From a virus: 39,539 bases of DNA. A model generated the notes under the pieces. It worked only from the letters and a program-made list of their open reading frames with translations, was not told where the DNA came from and ran no database searches. The position numbers were made by a program, and so were the translations under genes. Positions 24,376 to 32,255 of this stretch are shown in pieces (the first letter of the stretch is position 1; each line of letters starts with the position of its first letter). Where the stretch lies: IMG/VR virus record IMGVR_UViG_3300033552_000025, positions 1 to 39,539 of that record, one strand, 5' to 3'.

Positions 24376-24713
24376 TGAATCTCGCATTCGATGTAGCGCT
24401 GAATCGACCAGCCGGAATCCGTGATTTCGCGGCGTTCGTTGGCGACCAGTTCACGGTATCAATCGCCTTCTACGACAACGACGGCGACGCAGCCACGGCG
24501 AACCTGACGGGCAGCACTGCCACTATCGAAATCCTGCGCTGTGGCGATGTGGAAGTCTCGGTTGTTGGTGTAATTGTGGCTGGTGTGGCTACTTTCGATT
24601 TCGGCAGTGCTGACCTGTCGGGCATAGTCGGGCGCAACGTCTTCCGCTGCAAGCTGACGCGCTCGGGCAAGGTTGCCACTGTGGTGCGCGGCTCGTTCAC
24701 GGTGGCCGACTAA
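24375..24713 (+). CDS. Hypothetical beta-rich structural protein, 112 aa
   Basis: Internal ATG of the track ORF with TGATG coupling. Confidence 0.55.
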   Translation: MNLAFDVALNRPAGIRDFAAFVGDQFTVSIAFYDNDGDAATANLTGSTATIEILRCGDVEVSVVGVIVAGVATFDFGSADLSGIVGRNVFRCKLTRSGKVATVVRGSFTVAD

Positions 24714-24796
24714 TGACCCGCATCACCCTCACCGCAGCGTCATACGCCGCGCGGTCACTGATCGCGAGCGCGCAACGCTGCGTGATTATCGTGTAA
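24713..24796 (+). pseudogene. Orphaned original 5' end (27 codons) of the gp10-like gene
   Basis: MTRITLTAASYAARSLIASAQRCV matches [24 protein letters not shown] at 25375. It keeps the native TAATG junction with the upstream gene and GC-rich codons, and it ends at a TAA inside the tandem repeat. Confidence 0.75.
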
Positions 24797-24843
24797 ATCT
24801 ATACCCAGATCGTGTTATCGTGTAAATCTATACCCAGATCGTG
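24786..24843 (+). repeat. Perfect 29-bp tandem duplication (TTATCGTGTAAATCTATACCCAGATCGTG x2)
   Basis: 24786..24814 equals 24815..24843, with a partial third copy (TTA). It sits at the left junction of the insertion. Confidence 0.95.
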
Positions 24844-24874
24844 TTACCATTAAGCCACTTTAATGGGAGGTTTT

Positions 24875-25378
24875 ATGAAAACGCGCGAAGATTTGACTGG
24901 TAAGGTTTTTGGTAAGTGGGCCGTTGTTGACTTTGCCTACTCGAAGAATAGAGCCTCATATTGGAACTGCAAATGCGAATGCGGCTCTTCAGTAAAAGTT
25001 GTGATTGGCTCGACGCTCAAGAACGGCGCATCGCAATCGTGTGGGTGTGAAACATTAAAGAAATTCAAGGAACGAATCCACAGGCACGGGGTAGCGGATT
25101 CCAAAATACACATGATCTGGTGCTCGATGCGACAGCGATGCTCAAACCCCAACAACCGGGCGTACAAGAATTACGGGATGCGCGGCATTAAGGTTTGCGC
25201 CCGCTGGCAGAGCTTTGAGAACTTTTATGCCGACATGGGGCCAACGCATGTTGATGGGTTGACGATTGAACGAATCGACAATGATGGCGACTACGGCCCT
25301 GAGAACTGCAAATGGATTCTCAGAAGTGAGCAATCAAAAAATCGGCGCGATGCCAAACTTTGGAATAGAAAAAGATGA
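24875..25378 (+). CDS. HNH-type homing endonuclease-like protein, 167 aa
   Basis: GGGAGG RBS. The pattern [10 protein letters not shown]....... W.CKCECG....V....L..G...SCGC ... H.MW..MRQRC.NPN...YKNYG.RGI.VC..W..FENFY.DMG ... IERID.DGDY.P.NC.W is typical of phage free-standing HNH/AP2-like endonucleases. Confidence 0.72.
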   Translation: MKTREDLTGKVFGKWAVVDFAYSKNRASYWNCKCECGSSVKVVIGSTLKNGASQSCGCETLKKFKERIHRHGVADSKIHMIWCSMRQRCSNPNNRAYKNYGMRGIKVCARWQSFENFYADMGPTHVDGLTIERIDNDGDYGPENCKWILRSEQSKNRRDAKLWNRKR

Positions 25379-26790
25379 CACGAATTGTCTTGACCAGTTC
25401 TTCGTATAGCTCGCGAAGCCTAATTGCGAGCTCACAAAGGGCAGTCAATCTGTACGCCGAGTTAAACCCGGTCGATGCTTCTGCGCCGATGACGTTTCAC
25501 GGGCGCCCCGGCCTGGTGCTGTGGTCCACCGTCCCCGGCTCGGGTGCTGTCCGCATGTTGTACGTGTCGAGCAATGGCGTGTTGTTCGCGGTGCGCGGCT
25601 ATGGCCTGTACCGCTACAGCGCGGGCGCATGGGTATTCGTGTCGAGCCTGACGACGAACGAGGGGCGCGTATACGCTGCTGACAATGGCATTGTTGCCGT
25701 CTTCGTTGATGGCACTACAAGCGCTCCCACGGTCAACCTGCTGACGTTCGCAGTCGGCATGATGGCCGGTGAAGGCTGGTACGGAGCTGACTTCGTTGAC
25801 TTCCTCGGCGGCTTCTTCATCTTCAACAAGCCAGGCACGCAGCAGTTTTACATCACCAGCGCATACGGCGTTGAGATTGACGCGCTCGATTTCGCGTCGT
25901 CCGAGTCGCAGCCTGACCCGATTGTCCGCTCGTATCGCGATCACTCCGAAGTGTGGTTCTTCGGTACACGCTCGACTGAGGTATTCACCAGCGTAGCGGC
26001 CACCTTCCCATTTGACCGTATTGGCGGCTCGGTGATGGAGGTTGGCTGTGCTGCCCCGGCATCCGTCGCCAAGCTGGATAACTCCGTGGTGTGGCTGAGC
26101 GCCGACGAACACGGTGACGGCATGGTGATGCGTGCGCAGGGTTACAACCCGGTCCCTATCAGCACGCGCGCCCTTGAGGAAGAGTTCCGCACGTACGCGA
26201 CCATCAGCGACGCGCAGGCGTATAGCTACCAACAGGGCGGGCACTGGTTCTATGTGCTGACCTTCCCGACTGCCAGCAAGACCTGGGCGTATGACGCATC
26301 TACGCAACTGTGGGCCGAGCGCGCATATCGCACGCAAAGCAACCAGACGCAGCGCGTGCGCGACAACTGCCACGCCTACTTCGACCGCAAGCACCTCGTG
26401 GGCGATTGGGAGAACGGGAACATTTACACGCTCGACCTCGATACGTACACCGACAATGGCGCGGAAATCGTGCGCGTGAAGTCGTTTCAGCACATGACGA
26501 GCGATAACCGCCGCCAGTTCTTCAAGAGCCTGACGCTCGATATGCAGGCTGGCGTGGGCAATGCGTCCGACCCTGACCCGCAAGTGTCGTTGCGCTGGTC
26601 CGATGACGGCGGGATCACATGGTCCGCGATGCTCACCACATCCATCGGCAAGGTCGGCCAGTACGGCTACAAGCCATGCTTTAACCGGCTCGGCATGGGG
26701 CGTGATCGCGTGTTTGAGGTATCGACCTCGGCTAACGCAAAGATCGCCTTGCAAGGCGCGTTCCTTGAGGCGCAGGTAGGTACATCATGA
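25375..26790 (+). CDS. P22 gp10-like packaged-DNA stabilisation / tail hub protein, 471 aa
   Basis: The call rests on size (P22 gp10 is about 472 aa), position, a beta-propeller-like repeat character and its start next to the connector genes. This is recall, not alignment. Confidence 0.55.
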   Translation: MTRIVLTSSSYSSRSLIASSQRAVNLYAELNPVDASAPMTFHGRPGLVLWSTVPGSGAVRMLYVSSNGVLFAVRGYGLYRYSAGAWVFVSSLTTNEGRVYAADNGIVAVFVDGTTSAPTVNLLTFAVGMMAGEGWYGADFVDFLGGFFIFNKPGTQQFYITSAYGVEIDALDFASSESQPDPIVRSYRDHSEVWFFGTRSTEVFTSVAATFPFDRIGGSVMEVGCAAPASVAKLDNSVVWLSADEHGDGMVMRAQGYNPVPISTRALEEEFRTYATISDAQAYSYQQGGHWFYVLTFPTASKTWAYDASTQLWAERAYRTQSNQTQRVRDNCHAYFDRKHLVGDWENGNIYTLDLDTYTDNGAEIVRVKSFQHMTSDNRRQFFKSLTLDMQAGVGNASDPDPQVSLRWSDDGGITWSAMLTTSIGKVGQYGYKPCFNRLGMGRDRVFEVSTSANAKIALQGAFLEAQVGTS

Positions 26791-27029
26791 CAGACAAGAA
26801 AAAATTCTCCATCGTGGATAACGTAACCGTCTTGCCAGTGGTAACTAGCCATGACATTCCAACTGAGCGCGTCTTAACTTCTGCGCTGACCTCCAACCTG
26901 CGGCGCGCAATCATCATAGGAGAGGATGAGAACGGCGACTTCTACTTCGCAAGTTCCAGCCCTGACGGCCCATCTGTGCTTTGGGATTTGGAAATGGCGA
27001 AGAAAAAGCTGCTGGATATCGCCTCATGA
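26787..27029 (+). CDS. Hypothetical protein, 80 aa
   Basis: ATGA coupling to the upstream gene. Confidence 0.5.
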   Translation: MTDKKKFSIVDNVTVLPVVTSHDIPTERVLTSALTSNLRRAIIIGEDENGDFYFASSSPDGPSVLWDLEMAKKKLLDIAS

Positions 27030-27496
27030 TTATCAAGCTAGACGAGGGTGCGCTACTCGCCGCAGGTTTCAGCAAAACGCACGTTGAACTGCTGCGTCAC
27101 CTTGTCGCGCAGATCGGCCCTGTGACCGGCGAAACCACGCTGCCAGAAGTGGCTGCGATGACCGACAACCTGACGCCGATTGTGACCGGGCTGACGATCA
27201 CGCTAACCGCAACGAATACCACTGTGGGCGAGATTCTTGCCGATAGCGCCGAATCGCCGCTGTCCGACCGCCACATCATGCGCCGCCTGGAAGACATGCA
27301 AGCCGAGTTCGACGCCGCACGCATCGAGCGCAGCAACCTTGTGCGCCAGGTCGAGGACTTGCAAGCCGAAGCCGAGCGCGCGCAGCTTGATCGCGCCGCC
27401 CTGCTCCGCGCCATCGAAGAACTGCGCACGGACCAATCAATAGATTTCAACATCGCCGCACTTTCCCGGCGCATCACCACACTTGAGGACGCTTAA
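27026..27496 (+). CDS. Coiled-coil virion protein, 156 aa (tail needle/plug candidate)
   Basis: ATGA coupling and a long heptad region (RRLEDMQAEFDAARIERSNLVRQVEDLQAEAERAQLDRAALLRAIEELR). Confidence 0.5.
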   Translation: MIIKLDEGALLAAGFSKTHVELLRHLVAQIGPVTGETTLPEVAAMTDNLTPIVTGLTITLTATNTTVGEILADSAESPLSDRHIMRRLEDMQAEFDAARIERSNLVRQVEDLQAEAERAQLDRAALLRAIEELRTDQSIDFNIAALSRRITTLEDA

Positions 27497-27498
27497 TC

Positions 27499-27846
27499 AT
27501 GGCTATGGAATACCGCAAACTGTTTGAGCCGGTCGCTCTCCCCTTGACCACGCCCACAACTATCTTCACCGTGCCAGCTACGGTATCAACGACGCTGCTG
27601 CGCGGCGGCATCCTGCGCATCACCAACACGACAGCGGGAGCTGTATCGGCCACCTTGTACGCAGTTCCGCAGGCTGGCACGGCAGGCGTGACCAACGCAT
27701 TCCTGTCCAACAAGGCGATTCCCGCGAATGACTTCGTTGATGTGCAAGTGCCGCAGATGAAGGCAGGCGACTTCGTGCAGGGCTTCGCTACCGCCGCTAC
27801 ATCACTGAACATTCAGGCGCTGGCCGGCGCGCTCTACTCGTCATGA
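27499..27846 (+). CDS. Hypothetical structural protein, 115 aa
   Basis: Track ORF in the late operon. Confidence 0.55.
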   Translation: MAMEYRKLFEPVALPLTTPTTIFTVPATVSTTLLRGGILRITNTTAGAVSATLYAVPQAGTAGVTNAFLSNKAIPANDFVDVQVPQMKAGDFVQGFATAATSLNIQALAGALYSS

Positions 27847-28352
27847 TCGTCAAGCCGGTGGCGAACTATGGCGCGGGGATTCTCCCGCACCGGGCGCCTG
27901 ATCTGGTTGCGATGCTTGACGGTGGCGAGCAAATGGCAACCCGGGCCAATATCACTGACCTCAAAAACCGTATGTTGGCGTCTGGCGACAACGTAGAGAT
28001 TCGATTCACTGAATCGCTGGTCGATGGCCTGTACACCCGCACCGTCTTTATCCCAAAAGGCGCGACAGTCGTTGGCAAGATTCACCGCAAACCGTGCGTC
28101 AACATCGTGGCAAGCGGCGATATCTCGATCATGACCGAAAGTGGCGCACTCCGCGTACAGGCTGGCTATACCGTCACGTCCCCGGCTGGCATCCAGAAAG
28201 TTGGATACGCCCACGAAGACACCATTTTCATCAACGTGTTTCGCACAGAAGAAACCGATATCGCACTGATTGAGGCTGACTTGATTGCGGAAAGTTTTGA
28301 AGCGCTTGAACACACTAAGGAGGCCGTATGGCTTGGGTTGCAACAGCAGTAA
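27843..28352 (+). CDS. Hypothetical protein, 169 aa (cupin-like beta-barrel suspected)
   Basis: ATGA coupling. The fold guess is weak. Confidence 0.55.
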   Translation: MIVKPVANYGAGILPHRAPDLVAMLDGGEQMATRANITDLKNRMLASGDNVEIRFTESLVDGLYTRTVFIPKGATVVGKIHRKPCVNIVASGDISIMTESGALRVQAGYTVTSPAGIQKVGYAHEDTIFINVFRTEETDIALIEADLIAESFEALEHTKEAVWLGLQQQ

Positions 28353-29074
28353 TCGGGGGCGCGGTTATCGGCGCATACTCCACCAACAAGGCGACCAAGG
28401 CGCAGAAGAAGGCCGGTGAGCAGGCCAACCAAACTACGCGTGAGACTGCGGAAAAGCGCCTGACATTTGAGCAAAAGCAAGCCGACCAAGCACGCGCAGA
28501 TAACGAGCCTTGGCGCGCAGCCGGCGCAAACGCGCTGACGCAGTTGCAGGGGAGAATGGCCCCTGGTGGCGACCTCATGCGGAACTTCGCGCAAAGCGAT
28601 TTCCAAGCGGACCCCGGCTACGCTTTCCGGCAGGCCGAGGGTATGAAAGGAATGAATAATTCCGCTGCTGCTCGCGGTGGACTGTTATCAGGCGCAGCAT
28701 TGAAAGCGGCCTCGCAGTACAACCAGAACTTCGCCAGCAATGAATTTGGCAACGCATTTGCCCGCTCCAACAGCAACCGAGACGGTCAGTACAACAAGCT
28801 CGCTTCACTGGCAGGTGTCGGCCAAGTCGCTGCAAACCAAAACGGACAAAATGCAATGCAACTTGGGCAATCTGGCGGCTCTGCGATGGGCCAAGCCGGA
28901 AATATGATCGCGCAGACGCAAATGGGCGTCGGAAACGCTCGCGCATCTGGCTATCTCGCCCAAGGCAATGCCCTAACCGGGGCCATCAACCAGGGCGTAA
29001 GCATGTGGGGCCAAGCTAACGCGGTGCCACGTGTCGGCGCTCAGAACATCACCCCCGGCTCTTGGAGCGCATAA
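28328..29074 (+). CDS. Internal virion / ejection-type protein, 248 aa (N-terminal TM, Gly/Gln/Asn/Ala-rich)
   Basis: AAGGAGG RBS. Composition and position are typical of podovirus internal proteins. Confidence 0.65.
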   Translation: MAWVATAVIGGAVIGAYSTNKATKAQKKAGEQANQTTRETAEKRLTFEQKQADQARADNEPWRAAGANALTQLQGRMAPGGDLMRNFAQSDFQADPGYAFRQAEGMKGMNNSAAARGGLLSGAALKAASQYNQNFASNEFGNAFARSNSNRDGQYNKLASLAGVGQVAANQNGQNAMQLGQSGGSAMGQAGNMIAQTQMGVGNARASGYLAQGNALTGAINQGVSMWGQANAVPRVGAQNITPGSWSA

Positions 29075-29075
29075 G

Positions 29076-30296
29076 ATGATTGATAACTCGATTTATAACA
29101 ACCTCCTGCGCCCGCCCAAGTCGATTGCTGAGTATGACGCTGAAGCGATGGCCGGACAGCAGAATAAGCTCGCGATGCAAATGAACCAGGCGAAAATGGG
29201 CGAGTACCAGCGGGGCATTGAGCAGGAAAACGCGCTCGGGCAGGCCTATAAGGCATCGACCGGCGCAGACGGCAAGATCGACCGCAACAAGCTCTATACG
29301 GGCGTGGCGCAGTCGGGCCTTGGAGCAAAGCTCCCCGGCATCCAGGAGGGTTTCTCCAAGCAGGATAAAGCCGACCTTGAGGTGGGCAAGGCAAAGCTTG
29401 AGGCGGGCTTAAAGCAGTACGAGGCGATGGCGCAAATCATGAGCGGTGTTCGCGATCAAGCCAGCTATGACGCAGCGCGCCAGCAGGCCATGCAAATCAT
29501 GGGGCCGGACGCTGCCGCCCGCATCCCGCCAGTGTACGACCCTGCCGCCGTCGAAGCTGGACGCTTGAAGGCGATGGGCATCAAAGATCAGATGGAGATG
29601 CACTACAAGGAAGTCGCCGCCGAACTGGCTAAACAGAAGTTCGGCCTCGATGTTGACCAGTTTGGCGAAGTCAAGCGCAGCAACCGTGCAGCGGAAGGTG
29701 ACCGCGACGCAACACGCGCTCAATCGGCAAGGCAGCACAGTGAGCGCATGGCTGTTGACAAGGGCGATACCGGGCCATCTGGCGCGAAGGGTGGCAAGGC
29801 TCCTGCTGGATATCGCTGGACCGCTGGCGGCGATCTTATCGCAATCCCAGGTGGCCCGGCAGACCTAAAAAACAATGCCGAAACCGTCAAGGCGGGACGC
29901 GACGCGGAAAGTGTTTTGTCGCTGCTTGATGAGGCGGATATTCTACTCCCGCAGGGAACGAATGGCTATGTCGGGACGGGTGTAGATAAGTTGCTTGGTC
30001 TTGGCGGCGTGTCCACTGTTGGTGGCAATGCTTCTGCACAGCTCCGGGCAATCGAGGGCGGGCTGATTTCCAAAATGCCAAAAATGTCAGGGCCACAGTC
30101 TGACAAGGACGTTTTGCTTTACAAGCAAATGGCCGGCCAAGTGGGGGACTCAACAATCCCTCGCGAGCAGCGTCAGGCGGCATCTCAGATTATCCGAAAG
30201 CTCAACGAAAAGCACGCTGGACGCCCGGCAGCAGCCCCGCCAAAACCGAAAGCTGCGTCAAACATTGATTCGCTGCTCGACAAGTACAAGGATTGA
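29076..30296 (+). CDS. Internal virion / ejection-type protein, 406 aa
   Basis: Start lies 1 nt after the upstream stop. The protein is helical and Gln/Ala/Lys-rich. Confidence 0.65.
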   Translation: MIDNSIYNNLLRPPKSIAEYDAEAMAGQQNKLAMQMNQAKMGEYQRGIEQENALGQAYKASTGADGKIDRNKLYTGVAQSGLGAKLPGIQEGFSKQDKADLEVGKAKLEAGLKQYEAMAQIMSGVRDQASYDAARQQAMQIMGPDAAARIPPVYDPAAVEAGRLKAMGIKDQMEMHYKEVAAELAKQKFGLDVDQFGEVKRSNRAAEGDRDATRAQSARQHSERMAVDKGDTGPSGAKGGKAPAGYRWTAGGDLIAIPGGPADLKNNAETVKAGRDAESVLSLLDEADILLPQGTNGYVGTGVDKLLGLGGVSTVGGNASAQLRAIEGGLISKMPKMSGPQSDKDVLLYKQMAGQVGDSTIPREQRQAASQIIRKLNEKHAGRPAAAPPKPKAASNIDSLLDKYKD

Positions 30297-30297
30297 T

Positions 30298-32091
30298 ATG
30301 GCCGATATTGCACAACTTGAACGGGCATTAATCAAGGCTGACGCGGCGGGTGATGCTGAAGCAGCCAAGGCATTCGCTGGCGAGATTCGGCGCTTGCGTG
30401 CCTCGCCAACTGAGGCTAAGCCAAAACTCCCCGCAGAGTCGCCCTCTCTGCTGCGCGAAGTTGGGCAAAGCGCGGGTAATCTTGTTGCTGGTGCAGTCCG
30501 TGGGGCTGGCTCCATTGGCGCAACGCTCCTTTGGCCGGTTGATAAGGCCACCGACATGATAAAGGGTGACCGTGGCCCGAGCCTGTCTGGACTAATCACC
30601 GGCACGAAGCCGCTATCTCGCAACGAAGAGCGTCGCCAGGCAATGGATGACGGCCTAGAAACCATGGGCGCGCAACCTGATTCGTTCGGCTATGGCGCGG
30701 GCAAGCTGGTCGGGGAGATTGCTGGCACGGCGGGCGCAGGCGGTTTGATCGGCCAAGGCGTCGTTCGTTCGGCCCCCCTTCTAGCGCGCGCGGGCGTATC
30801 GGCGCAAGCAGTCGCCAACACCAGCAGCGCACTGGCAACAGGTGGCTTTCGCGCAGGAACGGCGACCGGCAAAGCGGGTATTGCCTTGCGCGTTGGGGCT
30901 GGCGCAACATCGGGCGGCGTGTCCGCAGGTATGACGGATCCACGGAATGCAGGTCCTGGCGCTTTGATCGGCGGCGCGCTTCCGCCAGTGCTGAAGGGTC
31001 TTGGCAAGGCAGGTTCTCTTGTTGGCCGGAGCTTTGCAGTTGGCGACGCAAACCGCGAATTGGCGCGACAGGCCGTAAACCAATACGGCATTCCGCTCGG
31101 TATTGGGGACATTGCCGAAGGTGGGACGATTAAAGCTGTGCGCTCGCTGCTGAACGATGCTCCCTTTTCCGGTGGCTTGGGCGCGGCACAGCGTGAAGCG
31201 ACGCAGGAGGGCTTTAATAGCGCTGTGGGCGGCACGTTTGGCGCACCAGCCAAGAAACTGACTGCTAGTGTGGTCGATGCCGCCAAAAAGCGTATGGGCG
31301 AGGAATTTGACCGAATCTGGAACAGTAACTCGTTACAAGTTGACGCTGACATGATGCGCCAACTGATCGCGATGCAAAAACAAGCCGCAAAGTTGCCGAA
31401 GAACGAGGGCGCAAGTCTAACCGCAGAAATTAATGACATTCTCGGCAAAATGGTGCCGGATCAGAGCGGAGCAACAATCATCCCTGGCGACGTTGCGAAC
31501 AAGTTTCAATCCTATTTGCGGCGTCGCGCAGAAGGCTCGGCGGGCATGAGATACGAATTGGGCGATTTACGCCAATCGATCATCTCGGCCTTTAATCGCG
31601 GCATCAGGCAGGAGGACGCGGCAGCACTGACTATGAATCGCGGACAGTACAAGGCGTTCAAAACGGTCGAGCCATTACTTAATGGGGCAGAAGCTGGCGT
31701 AGCTGGCCGAATGGCTGGCGACGTTCCTGCTGCGCTCTTGCCAAGTGCGGTAGCTCGTCAGTATCCACAAGCTGCCGGTGTGCCACTCGCTGACCTGTCA
31801 AAAATCGGCTCACGCTTCATTGTTGATCGCACGGCCAAGACAGGCGGCAGCACCCGCGCTGCAATCCAGAACAGCCTTGTTGGAGGCGCGATCATGGGCG
31901 CGGGGTTCACGAATCCACTGCTTGCTGCGGGCGCGATACCCGGTGCGGTAGGAGTAAACGCCCTACTCGGCTCATCAAGTTTCGCCAAACTCCTGTTAGC
32001 GCAAGGTCAGCCGAATAGGCTAATGCAACTCATTGGGCCGCAAGCAGGGCAGCTAGGTTACCGGGCAGCGCCACTGCTTACCGACCAGTAA
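30298..32091 (+). CDS. Internal virion / ejection-type protein, 597 aa (Gly/Ala-rich, multiple hydrophobic segments)
   Basis: AAGGA RBS. Third of three consecutive large non-enzymatic proteins before the tailspike. Confidence 0.65.
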   Translation: MADIAQLERALIKADAAGDAEAAKAFAGEIRRLRASPTEAKPKLPAESPSLLREVGQSAGNLVAGAVRGAGSIGATLLWPVDKATDMIKGDRGPSLSGLITGTKPLSRNEERRQAMDDGLETMGAQPDSFGYGAGKLVGEIAGTAGAGGLIGQGVVRSAPLLARAGVSAQAVANTSSALATGGFRAGTATGKAGIALRVGAGATSGGVSAGMTDPRNAGPGALIGGALPPVLKGLGKAGSLVGRSFAVGDANRELARQAVNQYGIPLGIGDIAEGGTIKAVRSLLNDAPFSGGLGAAQREATQEGFNSAVGGTFGAPAKKLTASVVDAAKKRMGEEFDRIWNSNSLQVDADMMRQLIAMQKQAAKLPKNEGASLTAEINDILGKMVPDQSGATIIPGDVANKFQSYLRRRAEGSAGMRYELGDLRQSIISAFNRGIRQEDAAALTMNRGQYKAFKTVEPLLNGAEAGVAGRMAGDVPAALLPSAVARQYPQAAGVPLADLSKIGSRFIVDRTAKTGGSTRAAIQNSLVGGAIMGAGFTNPLLAAGAIPGAVGVNALLGSSSFAKLLLAQGQPNRLMQLIGPQAGQLGYRAAPLLTDQ

Positions 32092-32170
32092 AGCCACGGT
32101 AAATGCCGTACAGAAACGCCACGATGCACAAGACGGTGAATTTGATAATTAAAAAGTCAGTGTATTCCAT
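32078..32170 (-). CDS. Possible antisense micro-ORF, 30 aa hydrophobic peptide (MEYTDFLIIKFTVLCIVAFLYGIYRGFTGR)
   Basis: Hand-translated in a short AT-rich intergenic patch. A GAGGTGG lies 11 nt upstream. The ORF overlaps the 3' end of the upstream plus-strand gene by 14 nt. Confidence 0.2.
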   Translation of the reverse strand: MEYTDFLIIKFTVLCIVAFLYGIYRGFTGR

Positions 32171-32218
32171 CCCGTAAGAATACCACCTCTCCCCGCCTCA
32201 CCCTGAAATTACATCAAC

Positions 32219-32246
32219 AGCCCCGCTCAGTCGGGGCTTTTTCTAT
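32219..32246 (+). terminator. Rho-independent terminator directly upstream of the tailspike gene
   Basis: GCCCCG-ctcagt-CGGGGC followed by TTTTTCTATT. Confidence 0.75.
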
Positions 32247-32255
32247 TGGAACCAC

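Larger units (their letters stand above)
24786..25446 (+). mobile_element. Free-standing homing-endonuclease cassette inserted in the 5' end of the gp10-like gene
   Basis: An AT-richer segment containing the HNH-type ORF plus an AT-codon version of the first ~24 codons of the target gene. It is flanked on the left by the tandem repeat and the displaced native N-terminus. Confidence 0.6.

Noticed and set aside
24786-24843. Possible CRISPR array or other defence repeat, because of the perfect 29-bp repeats.
   Set aside because: There are only two directly abutting copies, with no spacers and no cas genes. The repeat sits exactly at the junction of the homing-endonuclease insertion, so it is better explained as an insertion or duplication scar.
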